From: Solirubrobacterales bacterium
GTDB taxonomy: Bacteria; Actinomycetota; Thermoleophilia; Solirubrobacterales; 70-9
Assembly (NCBI GenBank): GCA_049579585.1
Contig: JBAUOE010000105.1
Span: 1 to 58,111, forward strand
Direction: 5' to 3'
Length of the DNA stretch: 58,111 nt
The position numbers and the translations under genes are program-made. Under the pieces are notes generated by a model that saw nothing but the letters and a program-made list of their open reading frames with translations, was not told the origin of the DNA and ran no database searches. Below, piece after piece: positions 17,020-28,159 of the stretch (position 1 is the first letter of the stretch; every line of letters starts with the position of its first letter).

Positions 17020-18552
17020 TCAGGCGATCAGCGAATGCCCGGTCATTTCCACCGGCTGCTCCATGCCCAGTGCGTCGAGCACCGTGGGTGCCACGTCGGC
17101 CAGGATGCCGCCATCCTTCAGGGGTGGACCCGGAATCGTGAGAATCAACGGGACCGGGTTCAGCGAATGGGCGGTGTTCGGCGATCCGTCAGGCTCGAGC
17201 ATGTTGTCGGCGTTGCCGTGGTCAGCGGTGATCAGACACGCACCTCCACTGGCGAGCACCGCTTCGACAACCCGGCCGAGACAACCGTCCACTGCTTCAA
17301 TTGCTTTGACCGCGGCCGGGATCACGCCTGTGTGTCCGACCATGTCGGGGTTGGCGAAGTTGATGACGCCGAAACTGGGCTGCTGCTCCTGCCAGCCGGC
17401 GATGAAAGCATCCGCGGCGGCGTTGGCACTCATCTCCGGCTTGAAGTCATAGGTCGGTACGTCGCGAGGTGACTCAACCAGGCGGTGCTGCTCGCCTTCC
17501 CATTCCTCTTCGCGTCCACCGTTGAAGAAATAGGTGACGTGGGCGTACTTCTCGGTTTCGGCGACATGGAGTTGCCGATTACCGGCCCCCGAGATCACGC
17601 TGGCCAGGGTGACCTCCGGACGACGTTCCGGGAAGGCGACCGGATACGGCCAGCCCTTGCGGTAGACAGTCATCGTGGTCAGGTCGACCAGCGGACCGCC
17701 GGAACGCGGAAATTCGTCGAAATCAGGTTCGGCAAGGGCACGGGTCAGCTCCCGGGCGCGGTCCGGCCGGAAGTTGATGAAGATCGCGACGTCACCTTCG
17801 CTCATGCCGTCGTAGTCACCAATGACCGTGGGCATGATGAACTCATCGGTCTTGTCGCTTGCGTAGGCGTCCCTGATCGCCGTTTCGGAGTTGGCGACCC
17901 GTGGGCCCTCGGCATGGACCATGGCGTCGTAGGCGAGCTTGACGCGCTCCCAGCGGGTATCTCGGTCCATCGCGTAATAGCGCCCGCTGATCGTGCCGAT
18001 GCGACCGGCAGAACGCAGCCAGCGTTCAAGTTCTTCGAGGTAGCGCTCGCCGCCGTGCGGCAGCGTGTCCCGGCCGTCGGTGATCGCGTGAAAGACAACG
18101 TCCGGAACGCCTTCCTGGCTGGCCAGTTCAACACAGGCTTCGAGGTGTTCCCAGCCGGAGTGCACCCCGCCGTCCGAAACCAGTCCGATCAGGTGCAGGC
18201 GCCCACGTGGGCTTTCAGCAGCCCGTTGACAGGCGGCGACCAGGGCGTCGTTGTCGAAAAAGCTGCCGTCGGCGACCGCGGAATCAATCCGCGCGAGGTC
18301 CTGCTTGACGATGGCGCCAGCCCCGAGGTTGAGGTGGCCGACTTCAGAGTTGCCCATCTGACCTTCCGGCAGGCCGACGTCCGGACCCTGGGCGCTGAGC
18401 TGGGTGGTCCGGTATTCGGACCAGAGCCGGTCGAAGTTGGGTGTGTCCGCGAGGGATATCGCGTTGCCCGGACCGTCCGGAGCAAGGCCCCAGCCGTCGA
18501 GAATCACCAAGGCAACTCCGGGTACCGGCAACTCGGTCGGCCCGGCCGTCAT
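17020..18552 (-). CDS. gpmI: 2,3-bisphosphoglycerate-independent phosphoglycerate mutase
   Basis: 510 aa with VILDGWG, GNSEVGHLNLGAGR-like, SDGGVHS and TADHGNA motifs. Confidence 0.93.
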   Translation of the reverse strand: MTAGPTELPVPGVALVILDGWGLAPDGPGNAISLADTPNFDRLWSEYRTTQLSAQGPDVGLPEGQMGNSEVGHLNLGAGAIVKQDLARIDSAVADGSFFDNDALVAACQRAAESPRGRLHLIGLVSDGGVHSGWEHLEACVELASQEGVPDVVFHAITDGRDTLPHGGERYLEELERWLRSAGRIGTISGRYYAMDRDTRWERVKLAYDAMVHAEGPRVANSETAIRDAYASDKTDEFIMPTVIGDYDGMSEGDVAIFINFRPDRARELTRALAEPDFDEFPRSGGPLVDLTTMTVYRKGWPYPVAFPERRPEVTLASVISGAGNRQLHVAETEKYAHVTYFFNGGREEEWEGEQHRLVESPRDVPTYDFKPEMSANAAADAFIAGWQEQQPSFGVINFANPDMVGHTGVIPAAVKAIEAVDGCLGRVVEAVLASGGACLITADHGNADNMLEPDGSPNTAHSLNPVPLILTIPGPPLKDGGILADVAPTVLDALGMEQPVEMTGHSLIA

Positions 18553-18554
18553 CT

Positions 18555-19322
18555 TCAGTTTCCCGCAGCCGACACGATGGCGCCGAAGCCTTCCGGATCG
18601 AGCGCTGCCCCGCCCACGAGGGCGCCGTCGATGTCGGGCTGAGCCATCAGGTCGACCGCGTTGTCCGGTTTGACCGATCCGCCGTAAAGGATGCGGACAC
18701 GGTTGGCCGCCTCCGGGTCACGTGACCGCAGGAGGTTGCGGATGAAAAGAATCGATTCCTGTGCCTGTTCCAGCGTCGCCACCTTGCCAGTACCGATCGC
18801 CCAGATCGGTTCGTAGGCGATGACGACCCTGTCGAGGTCATCGGTATGGATTTCGGCCAGGTCGGTGATCACCTGATGGGAAAGAACCGCATCGGTGTCG
18901 TTCGATTCACGCTCGGCTTCGGTCTCCCCGCAGCAAAGGATCGGCTGCAGGCCCGATTCGATCGCGCGACGGACCTTGCGGGCCAGGGCTTCATCGGTTT
19001 CACCGAAGTTCTGGCGGCGTTCGGAATGTCCGAGGATCACGGCGTCAACACCGATGTCAAGCAGCATCGGGGCCGAAACTTCACCGGTGAAAGCCCCGGA
19101 ATCTTCGAAGTACATGTTTTGTGCGGCCGACTTGACTGGTGTTCCGGCACACCGCTCGGCTACCCGGCCAAGTGCCAGGTAAGGCGGGCAGATCGCGACT
19201 TCCGGCCCATCACCTGTCTGCGTCGGCAGGAAGACATCGAGGAAAGCATCGGCCTCGGAAGCGGTCTTGTTCATTTTCCAGTTGGCAGCTATGTACGGTC
19301 GGCGGCTCATCGGTTCAATCAT
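18555..19322 (-). CDS. tpiA: triose-phosphate isomerase
   Basis: IAANWKMN, ILGHSERR, AYEPIWAIGTG and YGGSV motifs. ATGA overlap with the pgk stop. Confidence 0.93.
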   Translation of the reverse strand: MIEPMSRRPYIAANWKMNKTASEADAFLDVFLPTQTGDGPEVAICPPYLALGRVAERCAGTPVKSAAQNMYFEDSGAFTGEVSAPMLLDIGVDAVILGHSERRQNFGETDEALARKVRRAIESGLQPILCCGETEAERESNDTDAVLSHQVITDLAEIHTDDLDRVVIAYEPIWAIGTGKVATLEQAQESILFIRNLLRSRDPEAANRVRILYGGSVKPDNAVDLMAQPDIDGALVGGAALDPEGFGAIVSAAGN

Positions 19323-20506
19323 GCCGCGTCCAGCGCCTCGACGCCGGGAAGGTCCTTGCCTTCGAGCAGCTCGAGCGAAGCACCACCACCGGTCGAGACC
19401 CAGTCAACCTGATCGGTAAGGCCGAATTTGACCAGCGCGGCCACCGAGTCGCCACCGCCAACCACGGTGAACCCCGGAGCGTTCGCGACTGCGTCAGCAA
19501 CAGTTTTGGTGCCGGTCGCATATGGATCAAGTTCGAATGCACCCATCGGACCGTTCCAGAGAATCGTTCCGGCTCCAGCGATTCGCCGGGCGTAGTCGGC
19601 GGCAGAGTCCGGACCGATGTCCAGGCCCATCCAGCCTTCCGGTACTTCGACCCCTTTGAGGTCCTGGTATTCGGTGTCGGCCGAGAATTCCCGGCCAAGT
19701 GAAAGGTCGGTCGGCAGCACGAGTTCGCAGTCCGAAACCGCTGCTTTTTCGAGAGCGTCCTTGGCCAGCGGGATCCCGTCCTCTTCAACCAGGGAATTGC
19801 CGGTACCGAAGCCCTGCGCCCGGTAGAACGGGAAACACATTGCCCCGCCGATCAGAACCTGGTCGGCAAGCTCGATGAAACGGTCGATCACGCCGACTTT
19901 GTCGCTCACCTTCGAACCCCCGAGGATCACTACCAGCGGACGTTTCGGATCATCGGCCACCGAGTTGAGGTTCCTGACTTCGCTTTCCAGCAGCAGCCCG
20001 GCATAGGACGGCAGCTGATGGGCAACCCCGGCCGTGCTCGCATGAGCCCGGTGGGCGGCCCCGAAAGCGTCGTTGACATACAGGTCGGCGAGTTCAGCCA
20101 GGGCCAGTGAGAGTTCCGGGTCGTTGTCGGTCTCCCCCGGATGAAAGCGCAGGTTTTCCAGCAGCAGGACATCGCCCGGCTCGAGCGATTCCGCCAACGC
20201 CTTCGCGATCGGTCCGGTCGACTCGGTTGAAAGGCGTACTTTCGTATCCAGCAACTCGGCCAGACGGTCCGCCGCCGGCTTCAGCGAAAGTTCCTCAACC
20301 CGCTGGCCTTCGGGACGACCGAGATGCGACGCGAGAATCACCTTTGCGCCGTTCTCCCGCAGGAACTCGATGGTCGGCAGGGCCGCCCGGATCCGGGTGT
20401 CATCAGTGACCTGCCCGTTGTCGAGCGGCACGTTGAAGTCAACCCGGACCAGGACACGCTGACCGTTCAGGTCAGCGTCCCGTACCGATTTCTTACTGAA
20501 GCTCAT
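19319..20506 (-). CDS. pgk: phosphoglycerate kinase
   Basis: RVDFNVP, ASHLGRP, AFGAAHRAHAS and STGGGASLE motifs. Confidence 0.95.
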   Translation of the reverse strand: MSFSKKSVRDADLNGQRVLVRVDFNVPLDNGQVTDDTRIRAALPTIEFLRENGAKVILASHLGRPEGQRVEELSLKPAADRLAELLDTKVRLSTESTGPIAKALAESLEPGDVLLLENLRFHPGETDNDPELSLALAELADLYVNDAFGAAHRAHASTAGVAHQLPSYAGLLLESEVRNLNSVADDPKRPLVVILGGSKVSDKVGVIDRFIELADQVLIGGAMCFPFYRAQGFGTGNSLVEEDGIPLAKDALEKAAVSDCELVLPTDLSLGREFSADTEYQDLKGVEVPEGWMGLDIGPDSAADYARRIAGAGTILWNGPMGAFELDPYATGTKTVADAVANAPGFTVVGGGDSVAALVKFGLTDQVDWVSTGGGASLELLEGKDLPGVEALDAA

Positions 20507-20551
20507 GCTGGGACCCGCGATCCCGAGACGTCCTGGTCCTTGCCCGACGCC

Positions 20552-21643
<1,092 letters not shown>

Positions 21644-22006
21644 TCAGTCAGTCCCGACGGTCAATTCGATGTCGTGCCCATCCGGGTCGCGCAGGTAAGC
21701 CGAATAAGGGCCTGAACCATGACCTCCGGGCTCACCCGGTTTTGCGACGTTGGAACCACCGGCCCGGCAGCCACCTTCCCAGGCAGCTTTGACCGCGGCG
21801 ATACCGGGTGCCCCCAGGCTGACCAGGGTGCCTTCCGCCCTCGCACCGGCACGTTCCGTGACGAAGAGAATCGGCCGTGAGATCCCGTAGCCAATTACGT
21901 CGGCATTGTTCACGTGACGGCGCCATCCCAATGGCGAAAGCAGCGCGTCATAGAACTCAGACGCGCGCCGCATATCGGATACCTCTAAAACGATGTGATG
22001 TAACAC
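21644..22006 (-). CDS. VOC (glyoxalase/bleomycin-resistance/dioxygenase) family protein
   Basis: 120 aa with 'HIVLEVSDMRRASEFYDALL' and a C-terminal 'DPDGHDIEL' pattern. Confidence 0.75.
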   Translation of the reverse strand: MLHHIVLEVSDMRRASEFYDALLSPLGWRRHVNNADVIGYGISRPILFVTERAGARAEGTLVSLGAPGIAAVKAAWEGGCRAGGSNVAKPGEPGGHGSGPYSAYLRDPDGHDIELTVGTD

Positions 22007-22083
22007 TGTTCGCAGGCTATTGGAGAGCGCCCCATGACCACGTTGAGGTCAGCCTGCTATGACAATGCCCCGACTCGCGGGGA

Positions 22084-22854
22084 TTAGTTGCGTGGTGTCC
22101 AGCGGAAAAACCGGATCGCCAGGAGAAGCCCGGCGATGCCCCAGATTCCCACCACCAGCAGATCCCCCCACTCGAAACCGGATCCGACGGTATTCGGGCT
22201 GTAGGCCGAAAAGAATGCTTCGAAGAAGTCGCGGATCGGAAAGTGGTTGGCGAACGAAAGTACGCCTTCCGGAATCTCACTTTCCGGAATGAAGATGCCG
22301 GAAAGGAAGTAGAGCGGCAGGGTGATCAGGTTGGTGATCGCCGGTGCCGCTTCGCGGGAAGGAATGATTGCGGTCATCGCGATTCCCAGGCAGCAGAATG
22401 ATGCGGCGCCAATTATCAGGGTCACCGCGACCGCAGGCAGGCGATCCCATGGAATCGGCGCGCCGTAAAGAACTTTGCCGATCAGGGTCACCACGACGAC
22501 CATCAGCACCGAAATCACGATCGCGTTGCCGACCCGTCCGGCAATGAAAACCCATGGCGGCAGCGGGGTGCCCCGGCCACGTTTGAGCAGCCCGGCCTCA
22601 CGGCTGATCGTCAGGTTAGTCGCGAGACTGACCATGGTGGCCGAAACGACAGCGAGGGTGATGATGGCCGGCACGTAGTAGGTGGTGGTCGGCAGGTTGC
22701 CGAGCGACTCGATCTCTTCGCCGCCAAAGATCGTGGCAAAGATCAGCATGAAGATCACTGGCAGCATCGCGGTGAAGAACACCGATGCCGGATTGCGCCA
22801 GAAAATCTTCTGGGTGTACTTGAACTCGTGGAGGACCAGGCGCACCGAATTCAT
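22084..22854 (-). CDS. ABC-2 type transporter permease
   Basis: 256 aa and about 6 TM helices. 4-nt overlap with the upstream ATPase gene. Confidence 0.75.
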   Translation of the reverse strand: MNSVRLVLHEFKYTQKIFWRNPASVFFTAMLPVIFMLIFATIFGGEEIESLGNLPTTTYYVPAIITLAVVSATMVSLATNLTISREAGLLKRGRGTPLPPWVFIAGRVGNAIVISVLMVVVVTLIGKVLYGAPIPWDRLPAVAVTLIIGAASFCCLGIAMTAIIPSREAAPAITNLITLPLYFLSGIFIPESEIPEGVLSFANHFPIRDFFEAFFSAYSPNTVGSGFEWGDLLVVGIWGIAGLLLAIRFFRWTPRN

Positions 22855-23768
22855 GATTCAGTCACCTGAAGGTAAACGTCTTCGAGGCTCGGTCGTTTGA
22901 CTTCGAGCCCGTCGAGGTCCACCCCGTTCTCGATCGACCAGCCGGTCAGCCGGTTCAGGTCGGCCACCGTGTCGTGGCTTTCGATAGTCACCAGTGATTC
23001 ATTGTCGGCCCCACCGGCCGCGATCGTGACCCGCTCAAACCCGGTGAACTGTTCGGCATCGGTTCCGGCCGGAAGGTGAAATGTGATCCTGGTCGGCAAC
23101 TGGTCCCGGTCGCCGAGGTTCTCCGGGGTGTCTTCGGCAACGATCCGGCCCTCGTTGATGATCGCGACCCGGTCGGCAAGGAACTGGGCCTCGTCCATGT
23201 AATGCGTTGTCAGGAGGACGGTCTTTCCGAGGTCGCGCAATCCGGCGATCATTTCCCACGCCTGGCGTCGGGCCGAAGGATCGAAACCGGTGGTTGGCTC
23301 ATCCAGGAAAAGGAGTTCGGGGTCACCAACCAGGGCGATGCCAACATCCAGCCGGCGCTGCTGGCCGCCGGAAAGCTTTCCGGCACGGACGTCAACCTTG
23401 TCTTCGAGCCCGACCAGGGTGATCACTTCATCGACCGGCCGTGGGTTGCTGAAGTATCCGGCGTACAGCTCAAGCGATTCCCGCACGGTGAGCTTCGGTT
23501 CCAGGGTCGTGCCCTGCAGCACGATTCCGATGCGCTCACGCCAGGCACGCGTGGGCCGGGCAGGGTCCACACCGAGCACCTCGACATCGCCACCGTCACG
23601 ATCGCGATACCCCTCGAGGATCTCGACAGTGGTCGTCTTGCCGGCGCCGTTCGGACCCAGCACGGCCAGAATCTCTTCCGGCTCTACCTGGAGATCAATC
23701 CCTTTGACGGCCTCCAGCTCACCATAGGACTTGCGCAGTCCACGAATGGATATGACCGGTTCAGACAC
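22851..23768 (-). CDS. ABC transporter ATP-binding protein (DrrA-like)
   Basis: Walker A GPNGAGKTT, signature LSGGQQRR, Walker B LLFLDEPTTGFD. Confidence 0.88.
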   Translation of the reverse strand: MSEPVISIRGLRKSYGELEAVKGIDLQVEPEEILAVLGPNGAGKTTTVEILEGYRDRDGGDVEVLGVDPARPTRAWRERIGIVLQGTTLEPKLTVRESLELYAGYFSNPRPVDEVITLVGLEDKVDVRAGKLSGGQQRRLDVGIALVGDPELLFLDEPTTGFDPSARRQAWEMIAGLRDLGKTVLLTTHYMDEAQFLADRVAIINEGRIVAEDTPENLGDRDQLPTRITFHLPAGTDAEQFTGFERVTIAAGGADNESLVTIESHDTVADLNRLTGWSIENGVDLDGLEVKRPSLEDVYLQVTES

Positions 23769-23824
23769 TCGGTGATCCTACGTCCCTCAGCTCTTCGGGC
23801 GGTTCCAGCCCGGACCGCGACGCC

Positions 23825-24724
23825 TCAGGGGATGTCGCGATGGTTGACCCGGACAACCACGTCATCCCGGCTGGAGAGATCGCGCCAGATCCTCTCGGCG
23901 ACAGTTACCGAACGGTGTCGCCCACCGGTGCAGCCGATCGCGATCGTGAGGTGGCTCTTGCCTTCGGTCACATATGCCGGGACCAGAAACTCGAGCAGCG
24001 GCAGCAGCCGCCCGTAGAATTCGCCCGCCTGGGTTCCGGCCTCGACGTACTCCCGCACTTCGGAATCCAGCCCGGTCATGGGGCGTAATTCGGTTACGTA
24101 GTGCGGGTTGGGCAGGAACCGAACGTCAAGGGTCAGGTCGGCGTCACGCGGTGGACCATTCTTGAATCCGAAAGTGAGCAGGGTGACTGCCATCCGGCCT
24201 TCGTCTTCGTTCGAAACCATTTCGTCCGAGATCCGGCGGCGTAGCTGTGCCGCTGTGTCCATTGAAGTGTCCATGACCATGTCGGCCCGGGCCCGAAGCG
24301 GTGCCAGCAACTTGCGTTCGGCTTTGATCCCTTCGAGGATCCGGCCTTCGGGTGCCAGCGGGTGGCGGCGGCGGGTCTCTTTGTAACGGTCGGTGAGGAT
24401 CTCTTCGTTTGCTTCGAGGAAAAGGACCTCGGGGCGCGGACCATCGGATTCCAGGTCCTCGAGAACCTGGAGAAGCTCATCGAAATACTCGCCGCTCCTT
24501 ACGTCCGAGACGACAGCGGCCCGCTCCACCCCGCTGCCAGGAAGGCGGAACATCTCTCCCAGCGCTCCGATCATCTGTGGCGGAAGGTTGTCGACGCAAA
24601 AGTAACCGTTATCTTCGAAAGCGGCGATCGCTTCCGACTTGCCGGCGCCGGAATGGCCGGTGATTACGACCATGTTCACGTTCTTGGCGGGCGTGTCTTC
24701 CACCGACTGCTTTTGATCCGGCAA
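23825..24724 (-). CDS. rapZ: RNase adapter / nucleotide-binding protein RapZ (YvcJ family)
   Basis: P-loop GHSGAGKS, DVRFLPNPHY and a C-terminal GCTGGRHRSV motif. Confidence 0.88.
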   Translation of the reverse strand: MPDQKQSVEDTPAKNVNMVVITGHSGAGKSEAIAAFEDNGYFCVDNLPPQMIGALGEMFRLPGSGVERAAVVSDVRSGEYFDELLQVLEDLESDGPRPEVLFLEANEEILTDRYKETRRRHPLAPEGRILEGIKAERKLLAPLRARADMVMDTSMDTAAQLRRRISDEMVSNEDEGRMAVTLLTFGFKNGPPRDADLTLDVRFLPNPHYVTELRPMTGLDSEVREYVEAGTQAGEFYGRLLPLLEFLVPAYVTEGKSHLTIAIGCTGGRHRSVTVAERIWRDLSSRDDVVVRVNHRDIP

Positions 24725-24731
24725 CGTTTGT

Positions 24732-26654
24732 CTATCCGATTCTGTTCAACTGCTCGTGTATTTCACGAGCAACCTTACCGGGCAGCCCGGGCACCGCTTC
24801 GATTTCCTCCCGGCTCGCCTTCATCAGCCGTTCGGGTGAACCGAAATGCTTGATCAATGCGCGTTTGCGGACCGCCCCGACTCCACGCAGGCCGTCGAGC
24901 GCCGACTCGGTCATCGCCCGGTCGCGACGGCCACGATGGTGACCGATGGCAAACCGGTGAGCTTCATCACGAACCCTCTGGAGCAGCATCGAACCCTCCG
25001 AGTCGGCAGGCAGGTCAACCGGGTCGGTGCTACCGGGAACGAATACCTCTTCGAGCTTTTTGGCCAGGCCGATCACGGTGACTCCCATGTCGATGAAACC
25101 CTTAAGCGACCGGATTCCGGCCGCGAGCTGTCCTTTGCCGCCGTCGATAAGGATCAGCGAAGGCAGCGCCGCGAAGCTTTCGTCGCGGCTTCCATCGTGG
25201 GGAGAGAGGTCCGCCTGCTCAAGGTATTGCGCCATGCGTCGCCCGAGGATCTCTTCCATTGACGCGAAATCATCCGGTCCGTCGTGCCCGGTTTCCCCCC
25301 GCACCTTGAACCGCCGGTAGTCGGATTTCTTGGGCCGCCCGCCTTCGAAGACGACCATTGACGCAACGGTGTGGTTACCGCCGAGGTTCGAGATGTCAAA
25401 ACCTTCGATCCGGATCGGCAGCTCAGCCATGCCCAGGGCCTCAGCCAGCGCAGACAACGACTCGACCCGCCGCTGCTGACGATGCTCACTGCGCAGGCGA
25501 TCCTGGTCGAGTGCGAGCCTGGCGTTCCTTTCGGCAAGTTCCCGAAGGCGCCGTGAATCGCCCCGTTCGGCAATTCGGACTTCTACCTTCGTCGCTGCTC
25601 CTACCCGGCGGTCGGCGAGGAAAGTCTCGATCATTTCTGCTCGTTCAGCCATGTACGGACCGAGCACGATTCGTTTGGGGATTGAGGGTGACGCCGCGTA
25701 AAACTGCTCGATGAACTCGCCGGTGACTTCGGCCAGGTCGCTGCCGGCCGGGTTGTCGAGGTAGAAGCTCTGACGTTCGGCGAGGATGCCGTCGCGTACC
25801 TGAAATACCTGCGCGTTGGCGTCGGTTCCTTCGGCCGCCACCCCGATCAGGTCGGCCGTTCCGACGTTGGACCCCGAGATCCGCTGGCGTTCGAACAGTG
25901 AACGAACCGACTGGAGCCGGTCGCGGAATATCGCTGCCGCCTCGAAGTCCTGGCGACCGGCGGCCTCTTCCATCTGACGCTCGAGGTCTTTTTCGATCTG
26001 GTCGTACCGTCCGGAAAGAAAGTCGATGACCGCATCAATGTTCTTGCGGTATTCATCTTTGGTGACGTAATCGACGCAGGGAGCGCCGCAACGCTTGATG
26101 AAGTAATCGAGGCAGGGACTGCCGGAGCGTCGCCCTGGCTGTTTGCCTTCACAGGTCCGGTATTGGAAAAGTTTCCCGAGCAGGTCGAGTGTGTCGCGGA
26201 CGCGTCTGGCTGACGAAAACGGTCCGAAGTACACGCGGCCGCTTCGGTGTCTTTCGCGGGTGAAGTAGACCCGCGGGTATTCCTCATCGAGGCTCACGGC
26301 CACATAGGGATAGGACTTGTCGTCGCGCAGCTTGATGTTGAACCGTGGCCGGTACCGTTTGATGAAGGACTGTTCGGCGATCAGTGCTTCCGATTCGGTC
26401 TCGGTCGCCAGGAACTCGATCCGCTCGATCAGCACCGTCATTTCGGCATTGCCGGCATTGAAATGGGAAGCGACCCGCTTGCGGATCGAGATCGCCTTGC
26501 CGACATAGATCACTTCGTCGTCGCGGTCACGGAAGAGATATACCCCGGGCGTATCGGGCAGCGATCGACGCTCGGCGACCATGCGCTCGATTCGTCCGTC
26601 GCGATCGTTGGCGGTTTCTTCGGGGGCGGGCATCGTCCAAAGAGTAGGCCACAC
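24732..26654 (-). CDS. uvrC: excinuclease ABC subunit C
   Basis: GIY-YIG N-terminus (PGVYLFRD...VIYVGKA), a UvrBC-interaction region, an endonuclease domain and a C-terminal (HhH)2. The start is ambiguous: GTG 26654, ATG 26633 or ATG 26582 are all possible. Confidence 0.93.
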   Translation of the reverse strand: MWPTLWTMPAPEETANDRDGRIERMVAERRSLPDTPGVYLFRDRDDEVIYVGKAISIRKRVASHFNAGNAEMTVLIERIEFLATETESEALIAEQSFIKRYRPRFNIKLRDDKSYPYVAVSLDEEYPRVYFTRERHRSGRVYFGPFSSARRVRDTLDLLGKLFQYRTCEGKQPGRRSGSPCLDYFIKRCGAPCVDYVTKDEYRKNIDAVIDFLSGRYDQIEKDLERQMEEAAGRQDFEAAAIFRDRLQSVRSLFERQRISGSNVGTADLIGVAAEGTDANAQVFQVRDGILAERQSFYLDNPAGSDLAEVTGEFIEQFYAASPSIPKRIVLGPYMAERAEMIETFLADRRVGAATKVEVRIAERGDSRRLRELAERNARLALDQDRLRSEHRQQRRVESLSALAEALGMAELPIRIEGFDISNLGGNHTVASMVVFEGGRPKKSDYRRFKVRGETGHDGPDDFASMEEILGRRMAQYLEQADLSPHDGSRDESFAALPSLILIDGGKGQLAAGIRSLKGFIDMGVTVIGLAKKLEEVFVPGSTDPVDLPADSEGSMLLQRVRDEAHRFAIGHHRGRRDRAMTESALDGLRGVGAVRKRALIKHFGSPERLMKASREEIEAVPGLPGKVAREIHEQLNRIG

Positions 26655-26682
26655 GGAGGTTTGTTCGACTAGGCTCCGTCAA

Positions 26683-27507
26683 ATGACCACCGGTACTGCA
26701 GCACCCCCGAATTTCGAGACCCTCGACATCAAGATCGATGGTGACATCGGCACATTGACCCTGAACCGGCCGGACTCGTTCAACGCGATGAGCCCCGACC
26801 TGATCGATGAACTGGCCGTGGCAACTGCCTGGTTTGCCGACCAGGCCCCGCTTCGTGCCCTGATCGTCACCGGTTCCGGTGTCGCTTTCTGCTCGGGGGG
26901 CGACATCAACTGGTTCAGGAAGGGTCTGGCCGACCCGGATGTGGACATCGTCGCCAGCGTCCGCACCGGCGCCGATCGTCTTCATCAGGCAATCGTCGAT
27001 CTTCAGCGCATCCCCTACCCGGTGATCGCCGCGATCAACGGTCCTGCGGCCGGTGCCGGCCTTTCGTTCGCCCTGGCCTGCGACTTCCGGATCTGTTCCG
27101 ACAAGGCTTTCCTGGCCTGCGCTTATGGCCGGATCGGGGCTTCACCGGACGGCGGCATGACTTACTTCCTGCCGCGGGTGGTCGGACCGAGCCGGGCAAT
27201 CGAGATCCTGCTCGATGACACCAACATGACCCCGCAGGAAGCTCTCGCGGACAAACTGGTTTCAGAGGTGGTGCCGGCAGATGAACTGGCCGATCGTGCC
27301 CTGGCGAAAGCCACCGAGCTGGCCGCCAAGTCGCCCTACTTCAATCGTATGGCGAAGCATCTGATCCATTCCAGCCTCGACCACACGATCACCGAGCACC
27401 TTCAGGAAGAACGCCACGGGATCGCTGATTCGATGGGAACCGAGGATCTGGCCGGCGCCGTGGAAGCTTTCCTTTCCGGTGGCAAAGCCGAGTTCCACGG
27501 CAAGTAG
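26683..27507 (+). CDS. enoyl-CoA hydratase/isomerase (crotonase) family protein
   Basis: Start taken at ATG 26683 (MTTGTAAPPNF...). Crotonase pattern LNRPDSFNA...FCSGGD...INGPAAGAG. Confidence 0.85.
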   Translation: MTTGTAAPPNFETLDIKIDGDIGTLTLNRPDSFNAMSPDLIDELAVATAWFADQAPLRALIVTGSGVAFCSGGDINWFRKGLADPDVDIVASVRTGADRLHQAIVDLQRIPYPVIAAINGPAAGAGLSFALACDFRICSDKAFLACAYGRIGASPDGGMTYFLPRVVGPSRAIEILLDDTNMTPQEALADKLVSEVVPADELADRALAKATELAAKSPYFNRMAKHLIHSSLDHTITEHLQEERHGIADSMGTEDLAGAVEAFLSGGKAEFHGK

Positions 27508-27584
27508 CCGACGGGATCCCACCACCCAACGTTCTGGGTCGGCTAATGCCCCGATGACGGGCCATAGCCGACCCGGTTGCCGGG

Positions 27585-28055
27585 TTACGCCTTGAGCAGC
27601 CTGGTCACGCTTTCGGCCACACAGCAGGGCTTTTCGTTTCCTTCGATCTCGATCGTGAACCGGGTGACGTTGTTGATCCATCCGTTTCCGAGATCGTCGG
27701 ATGCGATCAGTTCAGCTCTGGCCCGGACCCTGGATCCGGCTGGAACCGGTGCGGGAAAACGAACCTTGTTCCAGCCGTAGTTCACTCCCAGCTGGAAGCC
27801 ACCGGTGACTGCGATCAGCTGGTCGCGAAATCCGTCGATCAAGCCCAGGGTCAAATTGCCGTGAGCGATCGTCGTGCCAAACGGACTTTCGGTTTTCGCA
27901 CGCTCGACGTCAACGTGGATCCACTGGTGATCGCCCGACAGCCCGGCGAAGGTGTCAATCATTTCCTGGGTCACTTCACGCCATTCGGTCGGACCAACCT
28001 CTTGGCCGATCATTCCGTCGATTGAGTCAAGTCCTGTTATTTCGAGTCGGTCCAT
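27585..28055 (-). CDS. MaoC-like (R)-specific enoyl-CoA hydratase / hotdog-fold dehydratase
   Basis: 156 aa with 'FAGLSGDHQWIHVDVERA...FGTTIAHG'. Confidence 0.8.
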   Translation of the reverse strand: MDRLEITGLDSIDGMIGQEVGPTEWREVTQEMIDTFAGLSGDHQWIHVDVERAKTESPFGTTIAHGNLTLGLIDGFRDQLIAVTGGFQLGVNYGWNKVRFPAPVPAGSRVRARAELIASDDLGNGWINNVTRFTIEIEGNEKPCCVAESVTRLLKA

Positions 28056-28109
28056 GACGGAACCATATTCGATTGTTGCGTTTCAAAAACCGGGAAATAC
28101 TGTAAGCTA

Positions 28110-28125
28110 ATTCCGTTATCGGAAT
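28110..28125. promoter_or_regulatory. inverted repeat ATTCCG-ttat-CGGAAT in the divergent MaoC/PaaI promoter region (candidate TetR operator)
   Basis: 6-bp perfect arms with a 4-nt spacer in the most AT-rich intergenic stretch. Related half-sites (ATTCCGA at 29976, CTTCCGATAA at 29995) lie upstream of the TetR gene. Confidence 0.35.
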
Positions 28126-28159
28126 CAACTTACGAAAACTTTCCTACGATGGGAGCACC

